This document shows positions 27,621-41,246 of a stretch of 64,000 nt of DNA, piece by piece. The stretch's first letter is position 1. Each line of letters begins with the position of its first letter. The stretch is from assembly GCA_038496445.1 (NCBI GenBank), contig JALMLS010000332.1, forward strand, positions 124,001 to 188,000. The letters run 5' to 3'. Under the pieces are notes generated by a model, which saw only the letters and a list, made by a program, of their open reading frames with translations, was not told where the DNA came from and made no database searches. The translations under genes were made by a program, and so were the position numbers. Source of the DNA: Trichosphaerium sp. ATCC 40318. Its lineage: Eukaryota > Protista > Tubulinea.

Positions 27621-28431
27621 TTAATTCGCTTGTTCCTTTACTTGCTTTTTATCCGACGACCATGCTTCTAATACTGGAGTATAATCGAATAAAACCTGTA
27701 CTTTTGCAGATTGCCAATTTACAACTGTATGCACGTGAACTTCTTCAACTACAAGAGAACGTCAATACAAAACAAAAAAAACCGTTTCAAAATGTCAAAA
27801 AAAAATAGTATCCAAAAATTAATCTTTTATGCCATTAAACGCTGTCTGTACCTTTATACTTTGCCCCTGTGGCTTTTATTGTATATTCACAATCAAGGAA
27901 AACTGTCACTTTGTTTCCATTCTTTACGCCACCCTCCTGTACGACATACTCTCTGCGATGCCATTTATCGACCGTAAGTATCTTTCCTTTTAATGTCAAG
28001 AAATCTATTATGCCTTGGCGTCCGTTAAAGGTTCCAGCAAGTGGAAACGTCTGAAAGCAAAAACAGTCAGTTTAACTATTTCTCATCTTAAAATGAGCGA
28101 ATTTGGGAAAAAATACTGTGATGATACGTTACTACGCCTAGACGTTTGTTGTAGCGCCAATATGGGGAAATCCAGTGCAAGTTTTATAAAACTTGATTAG
28201 AACTCATGAAAATGGGCGTACCTTGTTCTTTTCGCGACCGCCGAAGATCCAAACACAATCAGGCGTGTAGTGAGCAACAATGCAAGGTAGAGGAATATCT
28301 TGCTTATACTCGTCGTATAGATACCTCACGAACGTTTCGTGATCCTCAAAAAACTCTGCGGCTTGTTCTATACGTTCTTTCTCTTCTTCTTTAGTGAGAA
28401 GCTCTGGTAGTTGATTTTCTTCTCCTGACAT
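27621..28431 (-). CDS. SnoaL-like / NTF2-fold protein
   Basis: Three exons give AHYTPDCVWIFGG..|TFPLAGTFNGRQGIIDFL...KVTVFLDCEYTIKATGAKYKVEEVHVHTV..., the typical SnoaL_2 pattern. Confidence 0.7.
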
Positions 28432-28616
28432 GCTTCTCTTGTTGTTTGGGTATTATTTATAAACGTTGACGACAGAAATCGAATTTGTCATTTCGTTGAA
28501 GAACACCATGCGTCAATACGCGTAATCAATTACTAGAACTAGTAAAATACCAGTTTCGGTGTTGAGACAGTGTCAACACAGATTGCGTGAACGCATGTGT
28601 AGCAGACTTGTCAAAA

Positions 28617-30731
28617 ATGAACCAGCACCATGTAGTTACCTCCATCTAATTTTCTAAAGCCAGAAACGGCGTGTCCGTCGTTTTTCGTCTGCATTTGCTG
28701 TAATACAAACAACAAGCGTTTTTTGATTAGGAAGCGCGACAACAGGTGGTAGTCTGTTTTATGAAACGTTTTGTGGACCGAAAGAATAAGACTATTCTTG
28801 TAAAGTAAATTTCTGAAAAGGCGGGAAGCCTAAATGCACGCTCAATCGCCTGCGCCGTTGAGGCGTAAACCAAAGTCGCGTGGTAAGCGAAAAAGACTGG
28901 ACCCATCACAAAGTACAAAAGAGCGCTTGAAAATACGTACAGAGTATAGGGACCTTATAGAAGATACAAAGAGTACATAATTAAACAAAAACAAGCAGAA
29001 TAGGAATAACTCATTGTTTACGTTAGTTAACAGACACCTTTATGTCCAACCAACTTCTAATGGATTAGTTGATGCTTTGAACCAAGGCGAAGCTCTTTTT
29101 GATAAAGGTGAGAGAATTGATGTTCAGAACCTACCACCGCCTCGTGTATGCCTTTAAAACGCGTATAGCCGAAGCTACTGCATTTTATACGATATGCTGA
29201 ATTTTTTTTAGTTAAAAACGTCCGAGAAGCGTCTTTGGACAGTGAATTTCTTAGTTTAGCATCTCAGATTGGTGCTGATCAGGTGCGTGCTTCAATTTGT
29301 TTTTCTCGGAGACAACAAAAACGAGCACAACGCCGATGCTTACAGTTGGACGTAGGTTCAACGCCTTAACACCGGATTTAAAAGCTATGAGCCAGGCGAA
29401 ATAATAAGCAAATTGAAGACAAAGGTAGTAGGCAGAAGGCGCCTAGGCGATTACGACGAAGACGAGGAAGAATCAGGTATGTCACAATGAAAGGAATTAA
29501 AAAAATATCCGCAAGGAGAAAGTATTGTTTGTTTGTCGTAACTCTCGCTTACATGCTCTGTTTTTTAGATGATGATCAAGTATCTAACGGATGGAACCAA
29601 GATTTCATAGATTCTTGGGTTTTAAAGTATTTTGATTGCACACCAACCTGCGGATTCATGTGCGTTTTGTTGGTGTTTTTTTTTTCTTTTTTTTTTATTT
29701 TTATGATTCGTCTTTTTGTTGATCTTGTAGTTGTTCTTTTTGTTTGTTGACATTGTTATTAATTAGGTATGGTCCTATTGGGTTTCAAGCAGAACAAAAG
29801 AAACCAAGAAAACAGCGTGCAAAGGATATTAATGAGAAAAAGCAAACAGCTGAACAAGTTAAAAAAACAGAAACTGATGATCAGAATGGTGAAACAACAG
29901 CCCGTGTTGAGCAGATACATAGCAAACTACTTGAATCTGATAATGAAATGAATATATGGAAGGTTGTCCTGGACCCTGAGTCGTTCTCTAGAACAATCGA
30001 GAATATTTTCCATTTCGCATTTTTGATTAAAGACGGACACGCAAAGTTGGACACATCCTCTGGTCGCCCTATTATAGGTATGTTGATTTATAGTATTTTT
30101 TTTCTCTTTCTTTGGATGTTTGGTGTTATATGTGAACTAAAAGTCACGTGTTTCACGACACGAGCTAGAAAATGATTGATTGATTTTTTTCTTTCTCATT
30201 TGATTTTGTTTTAATAAATTGTAGGTACTACAACTCCACCAAAAAATGAAGATTATGTTAGTGGATTGGCCGTATATAAACAATGTATTGTTAAATTCGA
30301 TATGTTCATGTACAAAGTACGTACTATATTAACTCCAGAAAAGAGGCATAAACGTGGTAGAACTGTAATAGAATTTAACCTTGTGAACTTGGACATTTTT
30401 CTTGTTTTATGACTTGATGCTAACGTAGACGCTGTAGGCTCTCTTGGAGAAATACAACATTCGAAAGGCCTATATTCCACCACTATCAAAAGGAAATACA
30501 ATGGAAGCACGTCTTGCAAACGGTTTCACACGTGATGATGATGAAAGAGTCGAAAGTGAATCTGATATGGAAATCCAACTTGATTTAAGTGCTGACAGAG
30601 ATTCTGATGAAGAAGAAGAAGATCAGACACGTCGTATGTCTTTGAAACGTAAAGGCAAGGAAGAAGCAAGTGAAGAGGATAGTGAAGAGGAGGAACATCT
30701 TATCAGGAGAAAGCGGCGGAGACGTGTGTAA
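28617..30731 (+). CDS. NSE4: Smc5/6 kleisin Nse4 (NSMCE4A/EID3 family); start approximate
   Basis: VREASLDSEFL, PTCGFMYGPI, ETTARVEQI, VLDPESFSRTIENIFHFAFLIKDG, QCIVKFDM and EKYNIRKAYIP, followed by an acidic tail. Confidence 0.85.
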
Positions 30732-31882
30732 TGTATTCACAAGTAATGTAAAATAGAAAAGTGAAAACCCTTATATATCACTTGGTGCACGTAGAAGTTA
30801 ACTTTGTGTGCACTGGCTTCTCGTTTTATTGCGAACTTAGTAATTCATGTGACAAATCAAATAGAAACCAACATTTTCGTAAAATTCTCAACAGTTTATT
30901 TTCGAGTATTTTGGTTTAAAATCTAGATCACAAGGTATAGTATTGACGGAAACAAACAAGTTCAAAGGGTCAGAATGTTTACTTGTGGAGAACAGATACT
31001 CGTAGATCGTCCAACTTTGGACATACAACTATACTAAATACAAATCACGTGTCACAAAAAATTTTGGATGTAAAGTAGTTGCTGAGATTAAATGCAGTCC
31101 TAGCCCATTGAAATCATCCTCAACAACTCAACTTTCACAAGAGCTCGAGTGCTTGAATCCATTGATATCTAGACGCGTCCCCTGTAGAAAATATCAAATA
31201 AGCGAAAACTTTGACAAAGGACACGTTCATTGGCTTGTTACCGCCAATTGAATATCATAACGCGGGCATAGTTCGACTTAACTTGTGGCACAAGAGTCCT
31301 ACTAAACGCAGATTCTCTGCGTTGAAATTTTATAATACTTCTACTTACAATATGACATGGCCAACAAACGGGAGGTAAAATTTTGTTTCGTGTTTCACAA
31401 GATACAATGTGACTTGTTTTAATATTGTCCTTACAGGTCTGCAGATATGCGAGTTACAGTGTAGAGTGATTTGTTTTACATATACTGAGCAGCTAAACTT
31501 GTCAATCGTCTACAGTGGGTCAGTGTTAGCCCAAATCATATGTGTTCGCAGTAGTGGGCTAGCGAACCTGAAAATTGCATAGTACATTGACAAGAAGGGT
31601 GGCGGAGGCCGGAAAAAATGTTGGACTGTTTGTGCTTCTCACAATCATCGCTCTTGCTACAATTTTCTTTTTAAGCTGTTTAGGCACCAAACCAAGTATT
31701 AACAACAGTCGCCCACTGTTGGTACAAAAAGGTAAGTGTACTGAAATACATTCTGCGCGCCTATGAACAAACGTTCTGACCACTATATTGCAAAGTAGAC
31801 TTTACGTTCACAAATAACATTCACGTGATACAAATACCATAGCCCTTTTTGAACAAAATACTTATCGCATATTGTAGTAAGC

Positions 31883-34800
31883 ATGTCTTCTTCATTTTAT
31901 AGCAGTGTTATTGTTACTCTAGCTCTTTTTGTATCGACTTCGCTTTCTGCGTCAAGCGCTAGCCCCATTACTATATTCTCTTGCGATGCAACCTCTACGG
32001 AGTGGGGTTGCCCACCTGGTGATTGGCTAAACAGGACTTTTTCCGTTGATGGTGTGGTAATGACAGTACCGAACCGCTTTAAGTGTACTACAAAACCTGA
32101 ACCTCGTATGAGTTGGGCAACAAAAGCTACCCGAACTGATACGTATATGGTCTTTGTTGGCGAGCAAGATAATCCACAGACAGAGTACATCCCTGGGAGT
32201 ATTATAGAAGTGACTGTGTTAACCACAAAGTATAGATCAAAGTACAGAGGATTGATGATGTACGTCCACGTGCATTGTCTTTTTTCCGCTTTTCAATCAT
32301 TTACAACTAATAATGTTCAGGTATGCCGAAAATCAGGACAACAATCACGTGGGTGAATGGAAGCTACCAAATGATTTTCCACGTGAGTAAAACGTTATTC
32401 GATTGCTTGCTTTAAGTAGCCGGTTTCATTCGTTGGTCACTCTCAAGTGAACTTACGTTATGTTTAGCTATATTCAAATTACCATGGAGCTCCAATCACA
32501 GTACCTGTGGTAACACATTGATGCATGCAAGTGCTCAACTTAAACCGCTGAGGTCTACCATTTCGTTTATCGCTCCTCCAAAGGGTACAGGGAAAATTAC
32601 ATTCAGGGCACTCATAAAGAGCGGCGATGCTAACACTGGCGATTTTTGGTGGCCGAATAGTGGCGGTGACTTTACAATGACGGAATCAAGCCAGTCTCTT
32701 CCAACAAACACAGGATGGTTCCAAACGGAGGTAAAGTCATTACCATCTCTACGAACTACTTATTTTGTTGTAACAAGGTTGGACAATCTTGTACTGAGCG
32801 ATGTGCGACGGAGAATCTTCAATGTGACTTGGTATCACTGGAGCGCATCAATAGTATAGATAGGATTAACTCTGAACTAAAAACTTCCGGATTTCTTTGT
32901 AAGAAGCCATTCCTAAGCGGATGCAGCGCTCTTGGTACAACACAGAGTACAGCTGGATTTTGTTACTATGACGATACAAGATGTGAAAATCAAGGTCGTA
33001 CTATAGATAGAGTAACTTGTGACTCAAAGACAACAAGCAATGAGAACGGGTACAATTCACCTCGCTTTTGTGTTTCTTCTGACCTTTGTTTACAGAATGC
33101 GTTTCTGTAGATGCCTAGCGGTCACCCAAGCACCAGTTATACCAGATAATACCACCGTGCCTTCAAGTGACAACACTGAAAAACCAAGCTACGCTCCAAG
33201 CGAGCTATCTCCATCATCAAGACCGACTATGTCTATTTTGTTACTTGCCTTATGCGCGTTTGGTGTTGCTTTCTTTACGTCAACAAATTATCGCGCTTCA
33301 TCACCACTTATCCTCGGTCTTTTGCTCATTGCACTCATCGCGTTGCCGCCAACTCAGGGACACAACTGGGTCCAAAGTGTTAGTCGTTCACCTCATGCAA
33401 GCACTGAAACACCATGCCCGCCTGTTGTTCAACAAGGTCCTCATGTTCAAGTTGGCCCTAATCAATATTTCGAAGTAGAGTATGTCCAAGGTCATGAGGG
33501 TATGTCGTACTTTGCTTTTGTTCATTCAAAATACGAAGACAAGCTGAAATTACACTCTGAAGAGATGTTTCAAAAATACTTTGATGAAGCACCTGTTATC
33601 AAAACACTTAGAGTTGTGCACAGACGTTACAAGAAACGTGATCCAATACCTGAAGACTCTTACTTCGGACCTGAGATTTTGATGAACGACCCTGGCTTTA
33701 TTCCTCGTCCAGAAGCTTTTGGAGAATGGCTAGATGACGCAAAGTTGTTTTCGTACAAACCACAGTATCATCAAGAAAATTACGCGGAATACGAACACCC
33801 AGATATGCCTTGGATTGAAGCTGTTTTCAGAGGCGAGCACTTGGTTAAGAGAGGGCTAGATTCTGATGTTGTCAAATTGAAGATACCTGGTCGTTCTGGA
33901 AAAGGAAGGTATATTGTACATTGGTACTGGAAAGGATATCGCGATTGTACAGATGTTGATTATGTTGATCATCAAGTTCAGAATATTTACGGAATTAAAG
34001 AAAACGTAACTTCTTACACGTGCGTTAGTTTTAGAGCATTTGTTTTCCTAGTATTTGCACCAATTGACTCTTATAAATGTATACAGGCGCGTCGATCATT
34101 GCTACTTCCCAGATTACAGAGCCTCCGGAAGTACGTCGAAATACTTTTTTACTGATGGATTGTTTTTAATACTACCTTGTTAGAATGCTCTCGAATCTAC
34201 AATGACTTCTCATATTGTGCTCGGAACTGTGGCCCTAGGTGTACTGGTATAGCAGTTATGCCTCTATCTGTATCATCCAAATACAAAGAAGAAGCATCCC
34301 TTGTAGATGATGATTGTTTTGAACACTTTGAGAACTACACTGCTCTTGAGAACAAAGAGGATATCTATGTTTGCTTCAACGTATTTGCAAGACTACCTTC
34401 AGATACTTTTGGTGAAACAGAAATAGTATATGAAGACGATCCTGCCTACCATGCCACGTGTTTTATGAGAAGCACTGGTCTTACTTTCCCTGGATATGTA
34501 GCACCAACAGAGAAGGAAATACCTTGGAGACACGGAGATAAATGCATTGATTGCAAGACCAGAGAAGTCAATAAGTATTTATCAATCACAAACACACCAA
34601 GGTGGCCTCTTTCAGATGATTGCATCAACTGTGATCTTGAGCCTGTGCCAGTACATAAGCCAAAACTTCCTACTCTAATAAACAAAGAGAGTGGAATGGC
34701 TTGTAATGGAGCAAGATATATGTGGAGCGGGCAGAAGCATCATTCATGTAATGGAACTAATTCTGATGTTTCTAAACTTTGTCATAAACAGCTTACATTT

Positions 34801-35031
34801 GATGGTAGAAAGGAAAAAACTGACCATTTCTTCCCTTCCGAGTGTGCAATGGCCGCAAGCTTAGACCCTGATTGCACGGATAAGATTACAATGTACGATC
34901 GCACTCTTCCTTATGGCGGTGTTCGTGCAGGGCAATGCTATTGTCAGACAAAGGTTGAGTGCTGTAACGGATGTTTGAAAGTTGCGGCAGATAGACCTGA
35001 GTTTGCCTACTACGAGCTTGTTATGGCTTAA
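31883..35031 (+). CDS. Secretory polyprotein-like protein, paralog A: signal peptide - Reeler - Cys-rich - hydrophobic segment - internal signal peptide - His-brace (LPMO-like) domain - Cys-rich tail
   Basis: Seven exons in consistent phase. Reeler-like KYRGLMMYAE..VGEW..C..LMH..K..F.APPKGTGKITFRALI. The internal ..LIALPPTQG|HNWVQSVSRS has His at 33361. Second His in YVQGHEG (33493). YIVHWYWKGYRDCTDVD. Confidence 0.8.
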
Positions 35032-35233
35032 AGTTTATTTCGCCTATCTCATTGCAAATAAAGCATATTCATTTAAAACATGTTGTTTCGTGTCACGATG
35101 TATCTCGACAATCTAATGTTACGTTTACACTTCTTAAGAAGTCTCAGTTTTGTGGTAACGCCAGGTATTGAGCTTGTAATATATAAAAATAAATGATAAG
35201 ACTGTAGAGTAAAGACATAAAGCGTGTTTTGCT

Positions 35234-36358
35234 TTATTCGATGTCACAAAAATACTGTTCTGGAATATTTCGCTTAGCTGCTTCTTCTACGTTTAGGATA
35301 TCTTGTGGAGAAAGGGTAACCTTCTTACCGGTTTGAGGAGTATGACTTGCGCCATGGAAAGAAGAGGCCATTACAGGTGCTAAAGTGTATGGTTTGAGAA
35401 TCCATAGAGGCCTTAAATGCCATGACTTAATGAGATGAGATACTTGTTCATGTCCTCTATCTGAAGCTATTTCAGCTGCTGTTTTTTCAGAACCTATATT
35501 CTTTTCTTGGTGGTCTTGTTTATATCTATACCATCTCTTTGTGTCTTCAACAATATTAAACGCCTTGTATTCAGTATTCGCTCCATAAAAAAGAAGAAGT
35601 TGTACAATCTTTATATTACCCAAAAAAGAAGCAATATGAAGAGGTGTCCAAGTTAAACTATTGGCACCATAACCATCAGCATCGATTGTTGCAATATTAG
35701 GAGAAGCACCTTAAGAAAGATATAGTCAGAATACAAGTTGATCGAAAAAAAAACCATCACGTGATTGTTTACCTTGCGAAAGAAGAAGCTTAACAATATC
35801 GTAATTTTCTAGAAGTACGGCGTAGTGTAGAGGTGAAAGATCATTTGACGCAAGGAAATACAGCTCACTGCTTCCTTCTATGGTTGAACTGCCGTTAAAT
35901 GAGTCCATATTCCTCATATTTATAAGGAAAGGGTTGAAACGTTCTTTGATTAGAACATTCCAAACATCTTTACATTCCGATTTTTTTCTTCTAACAACTT
36001 TTTCTAACTTAGCAAGTTTTTTCAATTGGTTACTGAAGAGTGGCTGCCCTGAAGGCATTGTCTTCCAGGTTGAATATACGCTAACAAGTAGTTCTGATGC
36101 AGGATTATCTATGACTGGAGATGACTTTGACGTGATGTTTAGAACCAACCAAGGAGATGGACGGTATTTTTTGAAGAATGCTGATGAAAGTGTTGTGTAG
36201 GTCCTTGTTGATTTTTTTTGCTTTAAAAGAGACAAAGCATTCCATAACGAGCATGTACGGCGTGCAGAGAGTAAATCAGATAAGTTAAGGTATTTTAGTA
36301 TTTCAGCGGTTATTTCGTTCGCAAGAATGGCGTTTATAGAATATCTGGTATCACTCAT
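35234..36358 (-). CDS. F-box and ankyrin-repeat protein
   Basis: LANEITAEILKYLNLSDLLSARRTCSLWN (F-box). SPLHYAV, WTPLHIAS and TAAEIASDRGH (ankyrin). One intron at about 35711-35773. Confidence 0.85.
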
Positions 36359-37162
36359 AGCGTTTTAGCCCTAAATAATAAAGATTAAGAGACAACTTAT
36401 TAACTGTTCGTTTTCATTTGGTGTTTTACCTTTTAGAATATTTTAGAGCGTGGGTGTTGCTGTTTTATGTACTTTAAGTATGATAGGTGTGCGTTCTACA
36501 ATAGAAAACTGCTGAATTTTAAATCAAGAAGAATTTTTAGTTTTATTCCGAAGTCCAACTTAAGTCAATATAATTTTCTAGTTGACTAAGATTGCGGTCG
36601 TGTTTAGGACTGTAGAACTTGGGCTCATTACCTAATGGGACCGTGTAAAAATGTTTAATTATCTGTATAAAAACAGGTCATTTTTCTTCGAGCTGTAACA
36701 CCTTGTTCATATTATTGTATAGCGCAGAACTATTGCTACTTGTAGCAGGTTTTAAATGTGTTTTGAAAGTTTCTTTTTGTATTTTTGAATGACTAAGCAC
36801 TCTTTTTATGTCATACATAGCATCTGAACCCTATTTACCAATAACGATAAAATATGTTATAGCGTGATGACATGAGGTATGAAAACGCGAGATTACAGAC
36901 TATTTCAAAGACTGGGCTCGTCAGAATTATTGTTTTGTGTGGCAGTTGAACTTCTTTCAAAAATTGTCCCCTCAGCCTTTTTAATTTTTTAAGGTTAGAG
37001 TAAGGTGACCCTCTAAATTACATCATACCGTACATATTCCTATGGTAGGAGTTACACGAATTTAGTGATTGCGAACACATGTGTGCGAAGTGCACCTCAA
37101 GATGACTATTTCTGTCTTTTTTACATTTATTACTAAATAAGCAAGTGATCAAAGATCGCGTT

Positions 37163-39073
37163 ATGATCATCTTAATATTGTTATCTCTATTCTCTGTATT
37201 TGTACTAGCAACGATAGTAAAAAACTGGAGAAACAGGGCAAGAAATTACCCACCTTCACCAATAGCTTTACCACTCATTGGACATCTTCATCTTTGGTCT
37301 GATCCAAAACAGATGGTCGCGTAAGTACTTTTTGTCTTGTTTACGTTTGAAGCGCTCATACCGCCACCAAGCACTGCTATGGAGTTCAAGAAGACGTTAG
37401 GAGGTATTTTCAGCATGAACTTTGGTTCTAAAACAGTACATATGGTTTACAGACGCTTATACGCTACTAACACGTGTTCAGCTTGTTTTTATTGCCGATC
37501 CTGACCTTATTCAGCAAGCGCTAGTGAAACGACGCGTACAGCTTTCTGACCGGTACCATTGTTTTAGTTTCGCTTTCTTACTCGTCTAAGGCCTAGAGAA
37601 GGGCTAGTGGGCATGCAATCAATCATTTTACCGGCTCCAGAAGGATGTACGTCATAAAGCGATTTCATTTTGTTTCGCCTGATAAGTTTCTTAAGGTATC
37701 TCTTTCTCGGATTATTCGCCTTATCACAAAGGATTCAAAGCAATCATGATAAATAATTTGACAGTAGGCAAGGGCTTGGAGGTGCACATTCGCATAAAAC
37801 GTTAGCTAATAAGATTTGTAAAAGCGTGTCAACAGTATTATTTCAAGAGAGCTTCGTGCTGTTTTGAAGTCAATCAAAGAGTGCGCAGCGACGAAATCTG
37901 TTACTCGTGGCCAAGATGTTTCTACAGGACTTACATTCAACATGATCACAGGCGTAATGTTTAATGTCCGTGGATACGAACATCCTGACAAAGATTATTC
38001 TGATTTGCTTCCGATTATTGCACGTATCACTAATGCTATTGTTGTGCCGTATCTCCAAGACTTGATGCCTTTTTTGGCCCCATTTGACGAAAAAAGAGTA
38101 AGCATAGTCTATTTAGTATGTACTCATAAGCCTAATAATTCTACAGCTTGCCAGTTTGAGGGCTACATTAAAACAGCGAGATGAGAATTTAATGAGAATC
38201 ATAAAAAGAATGAGAGAATCGTTTGATGAAACAAAGCCACGTCATTATATGGATGAGGTTATGATCGCAAAGCCCGATATCACAGATGGAGAATTAATTT
38301 TACATATAATGGAAATAGTTGGTGCAGGCTTTGATACCAGCGCCAACACGATTCAATCGTGAGCATCACTTATCATTAGAGTGACTAACTTAACTTAGAG
38401 CTTTGACTTGGTTTGCCAAAAATCCTGACGTGCAGGAAAAACTTAGAACTGCTCTCGGTGGTATAGACACGCTGAACATGCCAATCAAGGCGCGTCTTGT
38501 TTCTACTGTATAGGCTAATACTATTTCACAGGACTTGCAAAATATTCCTTACCTCAAGAATGTAGTTCAGGAAGTATTTCGCATTATTCCAATTGTTCCT
38601 CTTTTAATTGCTCATACTACTAACGAAGATGTTGAAGTGGGTGGATATACTGTACCTAAAGATGTACGTTCTGATTACACTCAAATTTATTTACATGACT
38701 ATAGGCTCTTGTGTTCTTTATGCATCATAATGAATGCCAAAATGACAAGTGGGAGAACCCAAAAGAATTCAATCCTGACAGATGGGACAAGCCTATGCCA
38801 AACAAAATTAACCCTTTTTCGTACGCTACTTGCCTTCTACTCCTTGAGAGCTTATATCCTTCTAGCCAAGGTTGGAGGCGTTGCCCTGGAGAGCGTATAG
38901 CTACTTCTCTTGTCTATAGAGCCATTGCGTCTTATGTTCAGCATTTTGAATGGACTGAAACAAGCACTCCTAACTCTGTTGAAGTTGAGTTTGTTAGTAT
39001 TCACAAGTTTGTCACAGAACCGAAGTTTTACGCACGTGATTTATTGTTTAGCCCAACAACTTCAGATGTTTGA
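37163..39073 (+). CDS. Cytochrome P450 (microsomal)
   Basis: N-terminal TM plus PPSPIALPLIGHL, I-helix AGFDTSA, ExxR (EVFR), PDRW, and heme motif PFSQGWRRCPG after removing the small intron at 38821-38865. Confidence 0.95.
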
Positions 39074-41246
39074 TCTGAAAATCACAATAAATAAGTTTGG
39101 TTTTTGCCGTTGTTTATCATGTTCTCAACTACCTGCCGAGACCTATTACACTCACTAGAGCCAGATTACGTAAGCATTCCACACATGCTTATCGGCTTTA
39201 AAAGATGCTGTTAAACAAGGTAGTGGAGTGCGAGAGCATAAAATTACGTTGTAAGCACGGAAAAAAGTACTTACAAAAAAGCAAAAACTTTTTGCCTTAA
39301 AAGGAAAGTAGCAACATAAACTCCTTGAACACGGTTTCATGATGCCTGCACATTACACAGACTTTTAATTGTTCCAAATATGTAGGAACTGAAGTTATAA
39401 GTGTTTTACAGCGTTTAGTGGCTAAAAAAGTTAATTGCTCTTTAAAATCAAAGAACAATACTATACAAGCGTTATTCGTGATTAGAATATGCGTTTCCAA
39501 GCATAAAACGCTGTTTAAAACAAAAAGGCAAGAAAAAGGTATAATGCCAGGCAATGCCATCGATATTCTCTAAACTATATAAACAGATCATATACTTCTG
39601 TTTCTACATAGTCACGGTTTGGACCGTTTTGGCCCTAGCCTTTAATATTGGTTTTACGAAAAATTCCAGCTGTAGAAAACTGGGCCATTTTTAACAACAC
39701 ATAAATGTGCAGCTAAAATACATCACTTGCAACGCATGTGAGTATACCGGTGGCAATAACTGAGATGTAAAATTGATTGTGATAACTTTGGGAAAAAAAA
39801 AAAGTAAGTGAGTACTTTTGGTGCAAACGCTATTGGCATGTGTATTTTTACAATTGATCATAGTGGCACCACTATGCCATATACTCATTTTCTAATGAAG
39901 AAAAGTGTAGAACATAACATATAACATCAGTGTAGAATAGTAAACCTTTTGTTTCATCAAATATCATTCAACAAACTCCCACATTTGACGCACTTTATAG
40001 TGTGTTTACTTTTCAATAACATGCTTTGAGGCTATTAAATACTACCATTGACACCTACTTAAAGTGATAAAAACATAATTGATAATGTGTGCAATAAGTA
40101 TAACTTAGCTAAACAATGCTTAAAAAGTCACAAAATTAAACTATTTTTTAGAGTCATTGTAGGCTACATCACTGTTTGTGAATGTTTCATACTCTCTATA
40201 TATTATTCACAGTATGTATGGCTACTATTTACTCAAGCGTCAATCATAAAAAACTATTTTCAACATCAAAATAATTTTGTTTTAAAAGTGGAGTGCTTAC
40301 ATAATCTGGCTCTACCATATTAAAGTATTACGCAAGTAAGCGCAAAGTGTCACATCTTTCTACAATCCGACCAGAAAGTACTTTGAAGGAAAATTTGGAG
40401 AGAAACGGAAAATTAAGGGATATTTGTTTATCTTCTATTCTGTGATGTTCGAAACCTCTGTCAGAAATGTCAAAAACCTTACAAAAGGCTATAATTCAGT
40501 ATCCGTCTATGTGACAAGTAAATCTCTTTACAGGCTGTTTCCTTTTTTGTCTTTCTATCTAACTGCTTCAAAATGTTAAGTTTGAGTTCTCCTTTCGTCA
40601 CCTTTTGTAATGCTTTATGGTTTAGATTGCATTTGTGGACAGTCATTTTAGGCCGAAAGTTATATATAGTTATTCACTATTAGTCCACTGTTGTTTTGGT
40701 GATTTCTTTACTTTCCTTTTTCGAAAAGTTTTACACGGAGAATTAGAAGTACCGGGCCCGTTCTGTTTTTTTACCCTTCCACTAACTTAAAATACTAGTT
40801 GGACGGAGTAAGCGGAATATTAAAACGTCATGTCAATGTTGTTTGTTTCCTTTATTTCTTTCAAACCTAGATACACGGCATTTAGCAGATCATATAAATA
40901 GGTTACGAATGCGAGTTTAAAAGGCAAAAATATGTTCACATGACATGTCGTTTGAAACTCTTTCTTAGCAAAGTACAAAGCACTACATGCATCCATTGAT
41001 CACACTTCTGCTAAAAATACATTGACTTAGTAACTATTGTGTATGTGTCTATTGTCTGAAGTACTAAAAAGTGTACTCGTACTTTGGAATAACATACATG
41101 AAATGAGCGTATATTATTGTTGACATAGTATGGGAAGGTTAATGCCACGCGCCTTTTTTACGTTATAGTGGACCACTATTGGTTTTCGATGATATCGCGT
41201 TATTAGTCATTATCATTAAACATACAAGTACACAGCAACTGCACTT

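Noticed and set aside
30850-31800. Short ORF fragments on both strands, including a TM-like ORF at 31575-31766 and a 'YQWIQALE' PH-like end on the minus strand
   Set aside because: I could not assemble a phase-consistent gene model; left unannotated.
38760-38900. Apparently aberrant P450 heme motif (PSSQGWRRCPG) in the ORF track
   Set aside because: Artefact of reading through a 45-nt intron; the spliced sequence is canonical PFSQGWRRCPG.
39100-41240. 2-kb gene-free stretch with several 60-90 aa ORFs
   Set aside because: No recognisable motifs, TIRs or splice-consistent model. Probably a promoter or decayed repeat DNA.
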